Shown piece after piece: positions 1-11,005 of a stretch of 64,000 bases of DNA. Origin of the DNA: Octopus sinensis (lineage: Eukaryota). The notes under the pieces were generated by a model that had not been told where the DNA came from, made no database searches, and saw only the letters and a list, made by a program, of their open reading frames with translations. Location of the stretch: positions 49,352,001 to 49,416,000 of the forward strand of contig NC_043009.1 in NCBI RefSeq assembly GCF_006345805.1, given 5' to 3'. The translations under genes were made by a program, and so were the position numbers. Each line of letters begins with the position of its first letter. Position 1 is the stretch's first letter.

Positions 1-248
1 TGCAATGCTTCTGTAACATGGAATGAAAAAGAAATAATAGTTATAGCTGAAAATCTGCAAACTGTTGATGAAAACACGAAAGGATAAAAAAAAAAGGAAC
101 TGAAATAATCTCAAAAAAAAAATTGAAGACTCAACATAAAACCACAAAAAGAAATAAAGAGTTACCATTTCTTCAAAAGAAGAATATTACCCCAACCTCA
201 GGAAAATAACAAACAAAATACACAGGGTGTAAAAAACTAAGGTTCACC

Positions 249-876
249 TGGCTGTATGGTAAGAAGTTTGCTTCTCAACCACATAGTTCCAGGTTCAGTC
301 CCACTGCGTGGCGCCTCAAGCAAATGTTTTCTACTATATATTTCTTTACTACCCGCAAGGGGCTAAACATAGAGGCGACAAACAAGGACAGACAAAGGGA
401 TTAAGTCGATTATATCGACCCAGTGCGAAACTGGTACTTTATTTATCGACCCCGAGAGGATGAAAGGCAAAGTTGACCCCGGCGGATTTTGAACTCAGAA
501 CGTAACAACAGATGAAATACCACTACGCATTTTGTTCGGCGCGCTAACGTTTCTGCCAGCTCGCCGCCTTTTCTACTATAGTCTTGGGCTGACCAAAGCC
601 TTTTGAGTGAATTTGGTAGATGGAAACTGAAAGAAGCTTGTCGTATATATTTATATGTATATGTATGTATGTATTTGTGTGTCTGTGTTTCCTCCCCACC
701 ACCATCGTTTGACAAACCGATGTTAGTGTGTTTATGTCCCCATAACTTGTCAGTTCGGCAAAAGAGACTGATAAAATAAGTACTAGGCTTACAAAGAATA
801 AGTCCTGGGGTCGATCTGTTCGACTAAGGGCTGTACTCCAGCATGGCCGCAGTCAAATGACTGAAACAAGTAAAAA
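249..876 (+). mobile_element. tRNA-headed SINE, family A (interrupted by nested SINE at 339-568)
   Basis: A-box-like TGGCTGTATGG and B-box-like GGTTCAGTCCC head, internal (TA/TG)n, 3' end ...CAGTCAAATGACTGAAACAAGTAAAA. The same sequence recurs more than 10 times in the window. Confidence 0.9.
339..568 (-). mobile_element. SINE family B, tail variant B1, nested in SINE A
   Basis: Head GGCGGCGAGCTGGCAGAAACGTTAG...GAGTTCAAA on the minus strand. Exact 12-bp TSD TTTTCTACTATA at 327-338 and 569-580. Confidence 0.92.
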
Positions 877-1130
877 CTACAAAAGGAATAGATTTTTCAA
901 AAATGAAACAAATTAAAGACAAAGTTATATCTTGTTTTTGAAACTTTCTGAAGAAATTAGAAACGACAAACAAAATGCTCAGATGAATATTTTTCCCAGC
1001 TTTACATCCTGAGTTCAAATTCTACTAAGGTCGATTTTACCATTTTTTGTTTCAGGGTTGATAAAATAAGCACCAGTCGAGTTCTCGGGGGAGGGGGGGT
1101 CAATGTGATCAACTGTTCACATCTGGTGAC

Positions 1131-1299
1131 TAACCAGGGTTCCGCAAGAAGTTACAAAGCTGCTAAAATCAGCAGTAATTTTTAATTCTCCTGTGCAGAT
1201 ATGTGTGCATAAGATTATTAAATTATTGCACTGGGGTTCCTTGAGCCAGTGGAATGTTTCCTTGAGGTTCCGCTCCAGCAAAAAGTTTGAAAAGCACTG
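1131..1299. mobile_element. hAT-type MITE fragment
   Basis: Ends in GTTTGAAAAGCACTG, similar to the right TIR of the 19259-19995 element, and shares GGGTTCC-rich subterminal sequence. Left TIR not seen. Confidence 0.45.
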
Positions 1300-1369
1300 T
1301 TTTAATGTAACACAATTATAAAAAATAGTTTCAGATTTAAGCTCAACGATTTAAGGTCAATTACCATCA

Positions 1370-1815
1370 TCACTGCTGCCGCCGCCACCACCACCACCAC
1401 CACCACTATCACTACCACTACTACAATTACTACTACTACTACTACTACTGCTACAATTACTACTATTACTACTACTACTAGTATTACTACTACTGCCATC
1501 ATCACAAACACCTCCTCCACCACAACCACTACTATGATCATCACCACCACACCACCACACAAACCCCCACCACCACTATCTCTACCACTACTACAATTAC
1601 TACTACTACTACTACTGCTACAATTACTACTATTACTACTACTACTACTACTGCTACAATTACTACTATTACTACTACTACTAGTATTACTACTACTGCC
1701 ACCATCACAACCACTACTATGATCATCACCACCACACAAACCACTACCACCACCACTACTACTACCTTACTACTACCACTACTGCTGCTGCTGCTACTAC
1801 TACTACTACTACTTT
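1370..1815. repeat. Compound (ACT/ACC)n trinucleotide repeat with ~180-bp internal duplication
   Basis: Direct inspection; the block ...CTAGTATTACTACTACTGCCAYCATCACAA... occurs twice. Confidence 0.9.
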
Positions 1816-2219
1816 GCCTACGCATAAATTTTAAGGGGTTAAAATCGATTTAATTGTCCCCAATATGTACTATATTTAAGCTGCATCCCTGATTCAGTAT
1901 TAAATCTTGGTACAAAATTTTTGTCCCTTTGTGTTCAACCTTCATATAAGTTTTGCTCCATATTTAAGTCAAATCCTAAAAAGTCACCGAAACCTGCATG
2001 AAGATATGTGCTTTGAACAGAGAGGATGCTATTATGGAGTGTGTGCCAAAAGTGGTTTTCAAGATTTTGAATGGGAAATATTTTGATTCAAGATGATGAT
2101 TCTACCAGCTCACTGCATTTATCATAATGATAATGGTTCCATATTTTGGTACAAGGCCAGCAACTCTAATTATATGACTAGGATGATTGCAGATATTCCC
2201 CCCCAAAAAAGCCAAATCA

Positions 2220-2830
2220 CATACTGGAAACCATTTCTATGCAGTTACATCAGCAGACTTGATGTTTGGGCCTCACATCAAAGGATTTTTCATCTACAAT
2301 TCATTTCAGAAATATGAAGAAAACAAACCTTTTTTTTTTTTTTGAAGATAATGGTGAAAGGTGACAAAAAAAAAACTGATTGTCTATGACAATATGAAGT
2401 GAAAAGAACCATCACAAACAACTCTTAAGCAGGACTCATCCAAAGATTATTCTTTTAATTTGGTATGATTGAGAGGGCGTTTTCTTTTACAAGTGCCTTC
2501 CCATGGTCAGGATCATCATTTTGTCCTGGTGGACAAGTTAAACAGTGATCCACCAGAAGTATCCAGCACTTGCTAATCATAAGGGTATTGTCTTTTGTCA
2601 CAACACTGCCAGACAACACACTTCTTCATGCACACCAGGATTAGGTGGGAAGTTGTACTCCACAGTCCATTTTTACCTGACCTTGCACCTTCAAATGTCT
2701 ACCTTTTGGTCTCTTTCAAAGCCCTTTGAATGGATAGACCTTCAACTCTGAAGTGGATATATAATTTCAGCTGGAAGATTTTTTTTGCCAGTTAAGACAG
2801 GTAATTCTTTGAGCAGGGAATAACAGACAG
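2220..2830 (+). pseudogene. Decayed mariner (DD34D-type) transposase
   Basis: Frameshifted fragments YISRLDVWASH, FLKIMVKGDKK..IVYDN, HPKIILLIWYD*EGV, QKYPALANHKGIVFCHNTARQHTS and WEVVLHSPFLPDLAPSNVYL match the mariner motifs VxRLDxWVPH, TGDEKW..YDN, HDNARPH and HPPYSPDLAPSDY. Confidence 0.85.
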
Positions 2831-2836
2831 TTCTAT

Positions 2837-3050
2837 GAGGAATTATGTACATTATTTACATTTGACAGATATTTGTCCTCATCTTGTTTCGGCTGGGGGA
2901 AATTTCAAACCTAGCTTCTCATTCCTAAGGTATTTTTCATTGTTGTTGTTGATGTTGTTAATGTTGTTGTTGTTGGTGGTGGTGGTCCACTGCTTGGAAT
3001 TGAACTTGGAATCTTGGGGTTAGTAGCCCATGCTCTTAACCATTATGCCA
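2837..3050 (-). mobile_element. SINE family E: tRNA-like head + microsatellite + Penelope/hammerhead-like tail (internally deleted)
   Basis: Minus strand reads GGCATAATGGTTAAGAGC..CTACTAA..AGTTCAATTCC, then (CAA)n, then GAAAAATACCTTAGGAATGAGAA...CAGCCGAAACAAGATGAGGACAAATAT. Same order as the copy at 13818-14550. Confidence 0.7.
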
Positions 3051-3105
3051 TATTTTGATGAAAATTTTCAAAAAACTTTCCAAAGTTTTGGTGGAAATTT
3101 TCAGA

Positions 3106-3524
3106 AAAGTCAATTACATTGTCTATTGGAAAACTCATTATAAAGTCACTCATTAAGTTGAAATATGGAAAGTAAAAAACAAAACAAAAAAAAAACACTG
3201 AGAAATGCAAAAACAAAAAGAATAATTTAATTCAGCACATTAACAGTTTTCTTTCAAATTTTGAAAAATTTGGTATTTTTACAAAGTTATAGCTGAATGA
3301 TGTCATTGATGGTGAACTGGTGGGAAATTTGATATTAATAAAAGCTCAAGCATGAAACTGGCTGTGTAGGAAGAAGTTTGCTTCTCAACCCCATGGTTCT
3401 TAGTTCAGTCCTTCTGCATGGCAAGCATCAACAAACATCTACTATTGCCCTGGGTGAGCTTAAAGTTTTGTGTGCATGGATGTGGTAGATGGAAGCTAAA
3501 ATAAGCCGTCACATATTAATCTCC
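3106..3524 (+). repeat. Left arm of long inverted repeat (partner 9546-9995)
   Basis: Reverse complement of 9546-9995 over unique AT-rich DNA plus a degenerate SINE-A 5' fragment; roughly >90% identical by eye. Confidence 0.95.
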
Positions 3525-6500
3525 ACTGGCTTCCATATTTTGTGATTTTGGCACTGCTGTTCTTGTGATTTTTCGAAAATTTTCCCCAAAAATTTTTCAA
3601 AGATTTTCACCGAAAATTTTCCCCGAAAATTTTACCCAAATATTTTTCGAAAATTTTACCCAAAAATTTTTCGAAAATTTTTGCCGAAAATTTTCCCCAA
3701 AAATTTTTCCAAAATTTTCCCCAAAAATTTTTCCAAAATTTTTACCGAAAATTTTAACAAAAAATATTTCGAAAATCACAAAGTATGGAAGGCCAGCGGT
3801 GCCAAAATCACATTTTTCGAAAATTTTACCCAAAAATTTTTCAAAAATTTTTCACCGAAAATTTTCCCCAAAAATTTTTCCAAAATTTTCCCCAAAATTT
3901 TTCCAAAATTTTCACCGAAAATTTTACCCAAAAATTTTTCGAAAATTTTTGCCGAAAATTTTCCCAAAAAAATTTTTCCAAAATTTTCACCGAAAATTTT
4001 ACCCAAAAATTTTTCGAAAATTTTCCCCAAAAATTTTTCCAAAATTTTCACCGAAAATTTTCCCCAAAAATTTTTCGAAGATTTTCACTGAAAGTTTTCC
4101 TTAAAAATTTTCACCGAAAATTTTCCCCAAAGAAAATATTTTTCGAAAATTTTACCCAAAAATTTTTGAAAATTTTCCCCAAAAATTTTTCCAAAATTTT
4201 CCCCAAAAATTTTTCCAAAATTTTTACCGAAAATTTTCCCCAAAAATTTTTCAAAGATTTTCACCGAAAATTTTCCCCGAAAATTTTACCCAAATATTTT
4301 TCGAAAATTTTACCCAAAAATTTTTCGAAAATTTTCCCAAAAATTTTTCCAAAATTTTCCCCAAAAATTTTTCCAAAATTTTTACCGAAAATTTTAACAA
4401 AAAATATTTCGAAAATCACAAAGTATGGAAGGCCAGCGGTGCCAAAATCACATTTTTCGAAAATTTTACCCAAAAATTTTCCGAAAATTTTCCCCAAATA
4501 TTTTTCCAAAATTTTCACCGAAAATTTTACCCAAAAATTTTTCGAAAATTTTTGCCGAAAATTTCCCAAAAAAATTTTTCGAAAATTTTCACCGGAAATT
4601 TTACCCGAAAATTTATCGAAAATTTTCTCCAAAACTTTTTCCAAAATTTTCACCGAAAATTTTCCCCAAAAATTTTTCGAAGATTTTCACTGAAAGTTTT
4701 CCTTAAAAATTTTCACCGAAAATTTTCCCCAAAGAAAATATTTTTCGAAAATTTTACCCAAAAATTTTTGAAAATTTTCCCAAAAATTTTTCCAAAATTT
4801 TCCCCAAAAATTTTTCCAAAATTTTTACCGAAAATTTCCCCAAAAATTTTTCACCGAAAATTTTTGCCGAAAATTTCCCCCAAAGTATGGAAAACCAGCA
4901 GTGCCAAAATCACAAACTATGGAAGGCCAGGGGTGCCAAAATCACAAAGTATGGAAGGCCAGCGGTGCCAAAATCACAAAGTATGGAAGGCCAGCGGTGC
5001 CAAAATCACAAAGTATGGAAGGCCAGCGGGGCCAAAATCACAAAGTATGGAAGGCCAGCGGGGCCAAAATCACAAAGTATGGAAGGCCAGCGGGGCCAAA
5101 ATCACAAAGTATGGAAGGCCAGCGGTGCCAAAATCACAAAGTATGGAAGGCCAGCGGTGCCAAAATCACAAAGTATGGAAGGCCAGCGGGGCCAAAATCA
5201 CAAAGTATGGAAGGCCAGCGGTGCAAAAAACACAAAGTATAGAAAACCAGCGGTGCCAAAATCACAAAGTATGGAAACCATTCTTCGAAAATTTTTACCA
5301 AAAATTTTAGGAAAATTTTACTCAAAAACTTTTCCAAAATTTGTGATTTTGGCCCCGCTGGCCTTCCATACTTTGTGATTTTGGCCCCGCTGGCCTTCCA
5401 TACTTTGTGATTTTGGCACCGCTGGCCTTCCATACTTTGTGATTTTGGCACCGCTGGCCTTCCATACTTTGTGATTTTGGCCCCGCTGGCTTTCCATACT
5501 TTGTGATTTGGCACCCCTGGCCTTCCACACTTTGTGATTTTGGCACCGCTGGTTTTACATACTTTGGGGGAAATTTTCGGCAAAAATTTTTTGAGAATTT
5601 TCACCGAAAATTTCCCAAAAAAATTTTTCGAAAATTTTCACCGAAAATTTTACCCGAAAATTTATCGAAAATTTTCCCAAAAATTTTTCGAAAATTTTCC
5701 CCAAGAATTTTTCGAAAATTTTCCCCAAATATTTTTCCAAAATTTTCCACAAATATTTTTCCAAAGTTTTGACCGATAATTTTACCCAAAATTTTCCGAA
5801 AATTTTACCCAAAAAGTTTTCAAAAATTTTTGCCGAAAACTTTTCCAAAATTTTACCTAACAATTTTTCGAAAATTTTCCTTCAAAAATTTTTCGAAAAT
5901 TTTCCCAAAAGTTTTTTCGAAAATTTTCACCGAAATTTTACCAAAAAATTTATCGAAAATTTTACCCAATTATTTTTCGAAAACTTTCCCCAAGAATTTT
6001 TCGAAAATTTTCCAAAATTTTTCGAAAACTCTCCCCAAATATTTTTCCAAAATTTTCACCGAAAATTTTACTCAAAAATTTTTAGAAAATTTTAAAAAAG
6101 TTTTTCAAAAATTTTCCCCAAAAAATTTTCGAAAATTTTGTAGATTTTATTCCAAAATTTTTCGAAAATTTTCCCAAAAATTTATCGAAAATTTTCTCCA
6201 AAACTTTTTCCAAAATTTTCACCGAAAATTTTCCCCAAAAATTATTCGAAGATTTTCACTGAAAGTTTTCCTTAAAATTTTCACCGGAAATTTTCCCCAA
6301 AGAAAATATTTTTCGAAAATTTTACCCAAAAATTTTTGAAAATTTTTCCAAAAAATTTTTCCAAAATTTTCCAAAAATTTTTCCAAAATTTTCCGAAAAT
6401 TTTAACAAAAAATTTTTCGAAAATTTTCTAGAAAAATTTCCCCAAAAATTTTTCACCGAAAATTTTTGCCGAAAATTCCCCCAAAGTATGGAAAACCAGC

Positions 6501-9500
6501 GGTGCCAAAATCACAAAGTATGGAAGCCAGGGGTGCCAAAATCACAAAGTATGGAAGGCCAGCGGTGCCAAAATAACAAAGTATGGAAGGCCAGCGGTGC
6601 CAAAATCACAAAGTATGGAAGGCCAGCGGGGCCAAAATCACAAAGTATGGAAGGCCAGCGGTGCCAAAATCACAAAGTATGGAAGGCCAGCGGTGCCAAA
6701 ATCACAAAGTATGGAAGGCCAGCGTTGCCAAAATCACAAAGTATGGAAGGCCAGCGGTGCAAAAAACACAAAGTATAGAAAACCAGCGGTGCCAAAATCA
6801 CAAAGTATGGAAACCATTTTTCGAAAATTTTTACCAAAAATTTTAGGAAAATTTTACTCAAAAATTTTTCCAAAATTTGTGATTTTGGCCCCGCTGGCCT
6901 TCCATACTTTGTGATTTTGGCCCCGCTGGCCTTCCATACTTTGTGATTTTGGCACCGCTGGCCTTCCATACTTTGTGATTTTGGCACCGCTGGCCTTCCA
7001 TACTTTGTGATTTTGGCCCCGCTGGCTTTCCATACTTTGTGATTTGGCACCCCTGGCCTTCCACACTTTGTGATTTTGGCACCGCTGGTTTTACATACTT
7101 TGGGGGAAATTTTCGGCAAAAATTTTTGAGAATTTTCACCGAAAATTTCCCAAAAAAATTTTTCGAAAATTTTCACCGAAAATTTTACCCGAAAATTTAT
7201 CGAAAATTTTCCCCAAAAATTTTTCGAAAATTTTCCCCAAGAATTTTTCGAAAATTTTCCCCAAATATTTTTCCAAAATTTTCCACAAATATTTTTCCAA
7301 AGTTTTGACCGATAATTTTACCCCAAAATTTTCCGAAAATTTTACCCAAAAAGTTTTCAAAAATTTTTGCCGAAAACTTTTCCAAAATTTTACCTAACAA
7401 TTTTTCGAAAATTTTCCTTCAAAAATTTTTCGAAAATTTTCCCAAAAGTTTTTCGAAAATTTTCACCGAAATTTTACCCAAAAATTTATCGAAAATTTTA
7501 CCCAATTATTTTTCGAAAACTTTCCCCAAGAATTTTTCGAAAATTTTCCCAAAAATTTTTCGAAAACTCTCCCCAAATATTTTTCCAAAATTTTCACCGA
7601 AAATTTTACTCAAAAATTTTTAGAAAATTTTAACAAAAGTTTTTCAAAAATTTTCCCCAAAAAATTTCCGAAAATTTTGTAGATTTTATTCCAAAATTTT
7701 TCGAAAATTTTCCCAAAAATTTATCGAAAATTTTCTCCAAAACTTTTTCCAAAATTTTCACCGAAAATTTTCCCCAAAAATTATTCGAAGATTTTCACTG
7801 AAAGTTTTCCTTAAAAATTTTCACCGGAAATTTTCCCCAAAGAAAATATTTTTCGAAAATTTTACCCAAAAATTTTTGAAAATTTTCCCAAAAATTTTTC
7901 CAAAATTTTTCCCAAAAATTTTTCCAAAATTTTTACCGAAAATTTTAACAAAAAATTTTTCGAAAATTTTCTAGAAAAATTTCCCCAAAAATTTTTCACC
8001 GAAAATTTTTGCCGAAAATTTCCCCCAAAGTATGGAAAACCAGCGGTGCCAAAATCACAAAGTATGGAAGGCCAGGGGTGCCAAAATCACAAAGTATGGA
8101 AGGCCAGCGGTGCCAAAATCACAAAGTATGGAAGGCCAGCGGTGCCAAAATCACAAAGTATGGAAGGCCAGCGGTGCCAAAATCACAAAGTATGGAAGGC
8201 CAGCGGTGCCAAAATCACAAAGTATGGAAGGCCAGCGGTGCCAAAATCACAAAGTATGGAAGGCCAGCGGGGCCAAAATCACAAAGTATGGAAGGCCAGC
8301 GGTGCAAAAAACACAAAGTATAGAAAACCAGCGGTGCCAAAATCACAAAGTATGGAAACCATTTTTCGAAAATTTTACCAAAAATTATAGGAAAATTTTA
8401 CTCAAAAATTTTTCCAAAATTTGTGATTTTGGCCCCGCTGGCCTTCCATACTTTGTGATTTTGGCCCCGCTGGCCTTCCATACTTTGTGATTTTGGCACC
8501 GCTGGCCTTCCATACTTTGTGATTTTGGCACCGCTGGCTTTCCATACTTTGTGATTTTGGCCCCGCTGGCTTTCCATACTTTGTGATTTGGCACCCCTGG
8601 CCTTCCACACTTTGTGATTTTGGCACCGCTGGTTTTACATACTTTGGGGGAAATTTTCGGCAAAAATTTTTTGAGAATTTTCACCGAAAATTTCCCAAAA
8701 AGATTTTTCGAAAATTTTCACCGAAAATTTTACCCGAAAATTTATCGAAAATTTTCCCCAAAAATTTTTCGAAAATTTTCCCCAAGAATTTTTCGAAAAT
8801 TTTCCCCAAATATTTTTCCAAAATTTTCCACAAATATTTTTCCAAAGTTTTGACCGATAATTTTACCCCAAAATTTTCCGAAAATTTTACCCAAAAAGTT
8901 TTCGAAAATTTTTGCCGAAAACTTTTCGAAAATTTTACCTAACAATTTTTCGAAAATTTTCCCCAAAAATTTTTCGAAAATTTTCCCAAAAATTTTTCGA
9001 AAATTTTCACCGAAATTTTACCCAAAAATTTATCGAAAATTTTACCCAATTATTTTTCGAAAACTTTCCCCAAGAATTTTTCGAAAATTTTCCCAAAAAT
9101 TTTTCGAAAATTCTCCCCAAATATTTTTCCAAAATTTTCACCGAAAATTTTACTCAAAAATTTTTCGAAAATTTTCCCAAAAGTTTTTCGAAAATTTTCC
9201 CCAAAAAATTTCCGAACATTTTGTAGATTTTATTCCAAAATTTTTCGAAAATTTTCCCAAAAATTTTTCGATAATTTTCTCAAAAGTTTTTAGAAAATTT
9301 TCCCCAAATATTTTTCCAAAATTTTCAGCGAAAATTTTCACCGAAAATTTTACCCAAAAATTTTCCGAAAATTTTCACCGAAATTTTCACCAAAATTTTC
9401 CCCAAAAATTTTTCGAAAATTTTCACAAAAAATTTTTCGAAAATTTTACCCAAAAAATTTTTCGAAAATTTTCACCGAAAAATTGCCGGTAATTACCGGA

Positions 9501-9540
9501 AATTGCTGGAAATTGCTGGAAATTGCCGCAGATTTTAATT
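3525..9540. repeat. Hierarchical satellite array: ~12/24-bp CGAAAATTTT/CCCCAAAAATTTTT units, 32-bp unit arrays in both orientations, ~0.6-kb and ~1.55-kb higher-order repeats
   Basis: 32-bp unit CCAAAATCACAAAGTATGGAAGGCCAGCGGTG; GTATGG cores at 4885, 4917...5269 (13), 6486...6805 (11) and 8030...8350 (11). Inverted arrays of ~7 units at ~5336-5570, 6875-7105 and 8418-8650. Confidence 0.97.
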
Positions 9541-9545
9541 GGATT

Positions 9546-9995
9546 GGAGAGATTAATATGAGACGGGCTTCTTTTAGTTTCCATCTACCACATCCATGCA
9601 CACAAAACTTTATGCTCACCCAGGGCAATAGTAGATGTTTGTTGATACTTGCCATGCAGAAGGACTGAACTTAGATCCATGGGGTTGAGAAGCAAAATTC
9701 TTCCTACACAGCCAGTTTCATGCTTGAGCTTTTATTAATATAAAATTTTATTAATATCAAATTTCTAACCATCAGTATCATCATTATCACCATCAATGAC
9801 ATCATTCAGCTATAACTTTGTAAAAATACCAAATTTTTCAAAATTTCAAAGAAAACTGTTAATGTGCTGAATTAAATGATTCTTTTTTGTTTTTGCATTT
9901 CTCAGTGTTTTTTTTTGTTTGGTTTTTACTTTCCATATTTCGACTTAATGAGTGACTTTTTAATGAGTTTTCCAATAGATAAGGTAATTGACTTT
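9546..9995 (-). repeat. Right arm of long inverted repeat (partner 3106-3524)
   Basis: Reverse complement match to the left arm, with two small arm-specific insertions near 9741-9795. Confidence 0.95.
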
Positions 9996-10099
9996 ATCAT
10001 CATTAGTGTTGGAAGTCAATAGTTCTATTACATAGCATAGTGGCATTTATAAGATTGCTGCCACACATAATTGGTTCACTTACCAAAATGTTGATGGTT

Positions 10100-10134
10100 G
10101 TACTAAAAACTGCTGACCATGAATATATATATAC

Positions 10135-10231
<97 letters not shown>

Positions 10232-10315
10232 TATATACACACGCAAAATGTATATATATATATATAATATATATATATATATAATATATATATATGCATA
10301 TAACTATATATATAC
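10100..10315. repeat. (TA)n microsatellite
   Basis: Direct inspection. Confidence 0.95.
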
Positions 10316-10319
10316 ACTC

Positions 10320-10645
10320 ACAGTATGGCTTGCTGTGCTTACCTTGGATCGCGGGGTGACCTGCAGCACTTGAGGAGACCTGTTGATATCAACATCAAAA
10401 TAAAAATCAAATGGAAAATGTAGTTTTGATGCCCATGCCAGTGGCACGTAAAAAGCACCGTCCGAACATGGCCAATACCAGCACCGCCTTGACTGGCATC
10501 CATGCTGGTGACACATAAAAAGCACCCACTACACTGCCAGATCAGACTGGAGCCTGGTGCAGCCTCCTGGCTTCCCAGACCCTAGTTGAACCATCCAACC
10601 CATGCTAGCATGGAAAACGGACGTTAAACAATGATTATGATGATA
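10320..10645 (+). mobile_element. RTE-LINE 3' UTR fragment with (GAT)n-like tail
   Basis: Same sequence as the UTR following the RTE ORF end at 25114-25660 (…CCAACCCATGCTAGCATGGAAAACGGACGTTAAAC). Confidence 0.8.
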
Positions 10646-10654
10646 TGTGTGTGT

Positions 10655-10960
10655 ATCATCATCGTTTAGTGTCCACCTTCCATGTTGGCATGTGTTGGGC
10701 AATTGACAGGAGCTGGCCAGGCAGAAGATTACACTAGACTACTGTGACTGTTTTGGCATGTTTTTCTAATACCTAATACCAACCACTTTGCAAAGTGGAC
10801 AGAGTTCCTTTTACATGGCACCAGCACAGGGAAGGTCAGTTATGGGTATGATTTTTACATCTGGATATCCTTCCAGATGTCAACCACTTCACAGTGTTGA
10901 CTGGATGCTTTTTTATATGACACCAACATCAACAGGGTCACCAAGCAACTTACAAGTCAA
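10655..10960 (-). mobile_element. Degenerate element with RTE-like tail, tail-to-tail with 10320-10645
   Basis: CATCATCGTTTAGTGTCCACCTTCCATGTTGGCATG is the reverse complement of the RTE tail. Related copies at ~15935-16150 and ~37690-37920. Confidence 0.6.
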
Positions 10961-11005
10961 GGTATGTATGTATATATTGATATGGAGGTCAGTTGAGAAA
11001 AAAAG

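Noticed and set aside
1302-1825. Poly-Thr/Ser/Val mucin-like ORFs
   Set aside because: Trinucleotide repeat with frame shifts between blocks; no flanking splice signals or unique coding sequence.
4882-8650. 32-bp repeats as a CRISPR array
   Set aside because: Units are directly adjacent with no unique spacers, there are no cas genes, and the context is eukaryotic.
3565-9341. Long ORFs (up to 302 aa, PKIF/KNFS repeats) as protein genes
   Set aside because: They are overlapping ORFs in many frames on both strands arising from stop-poor satellite; there is no splice or domain evidence.
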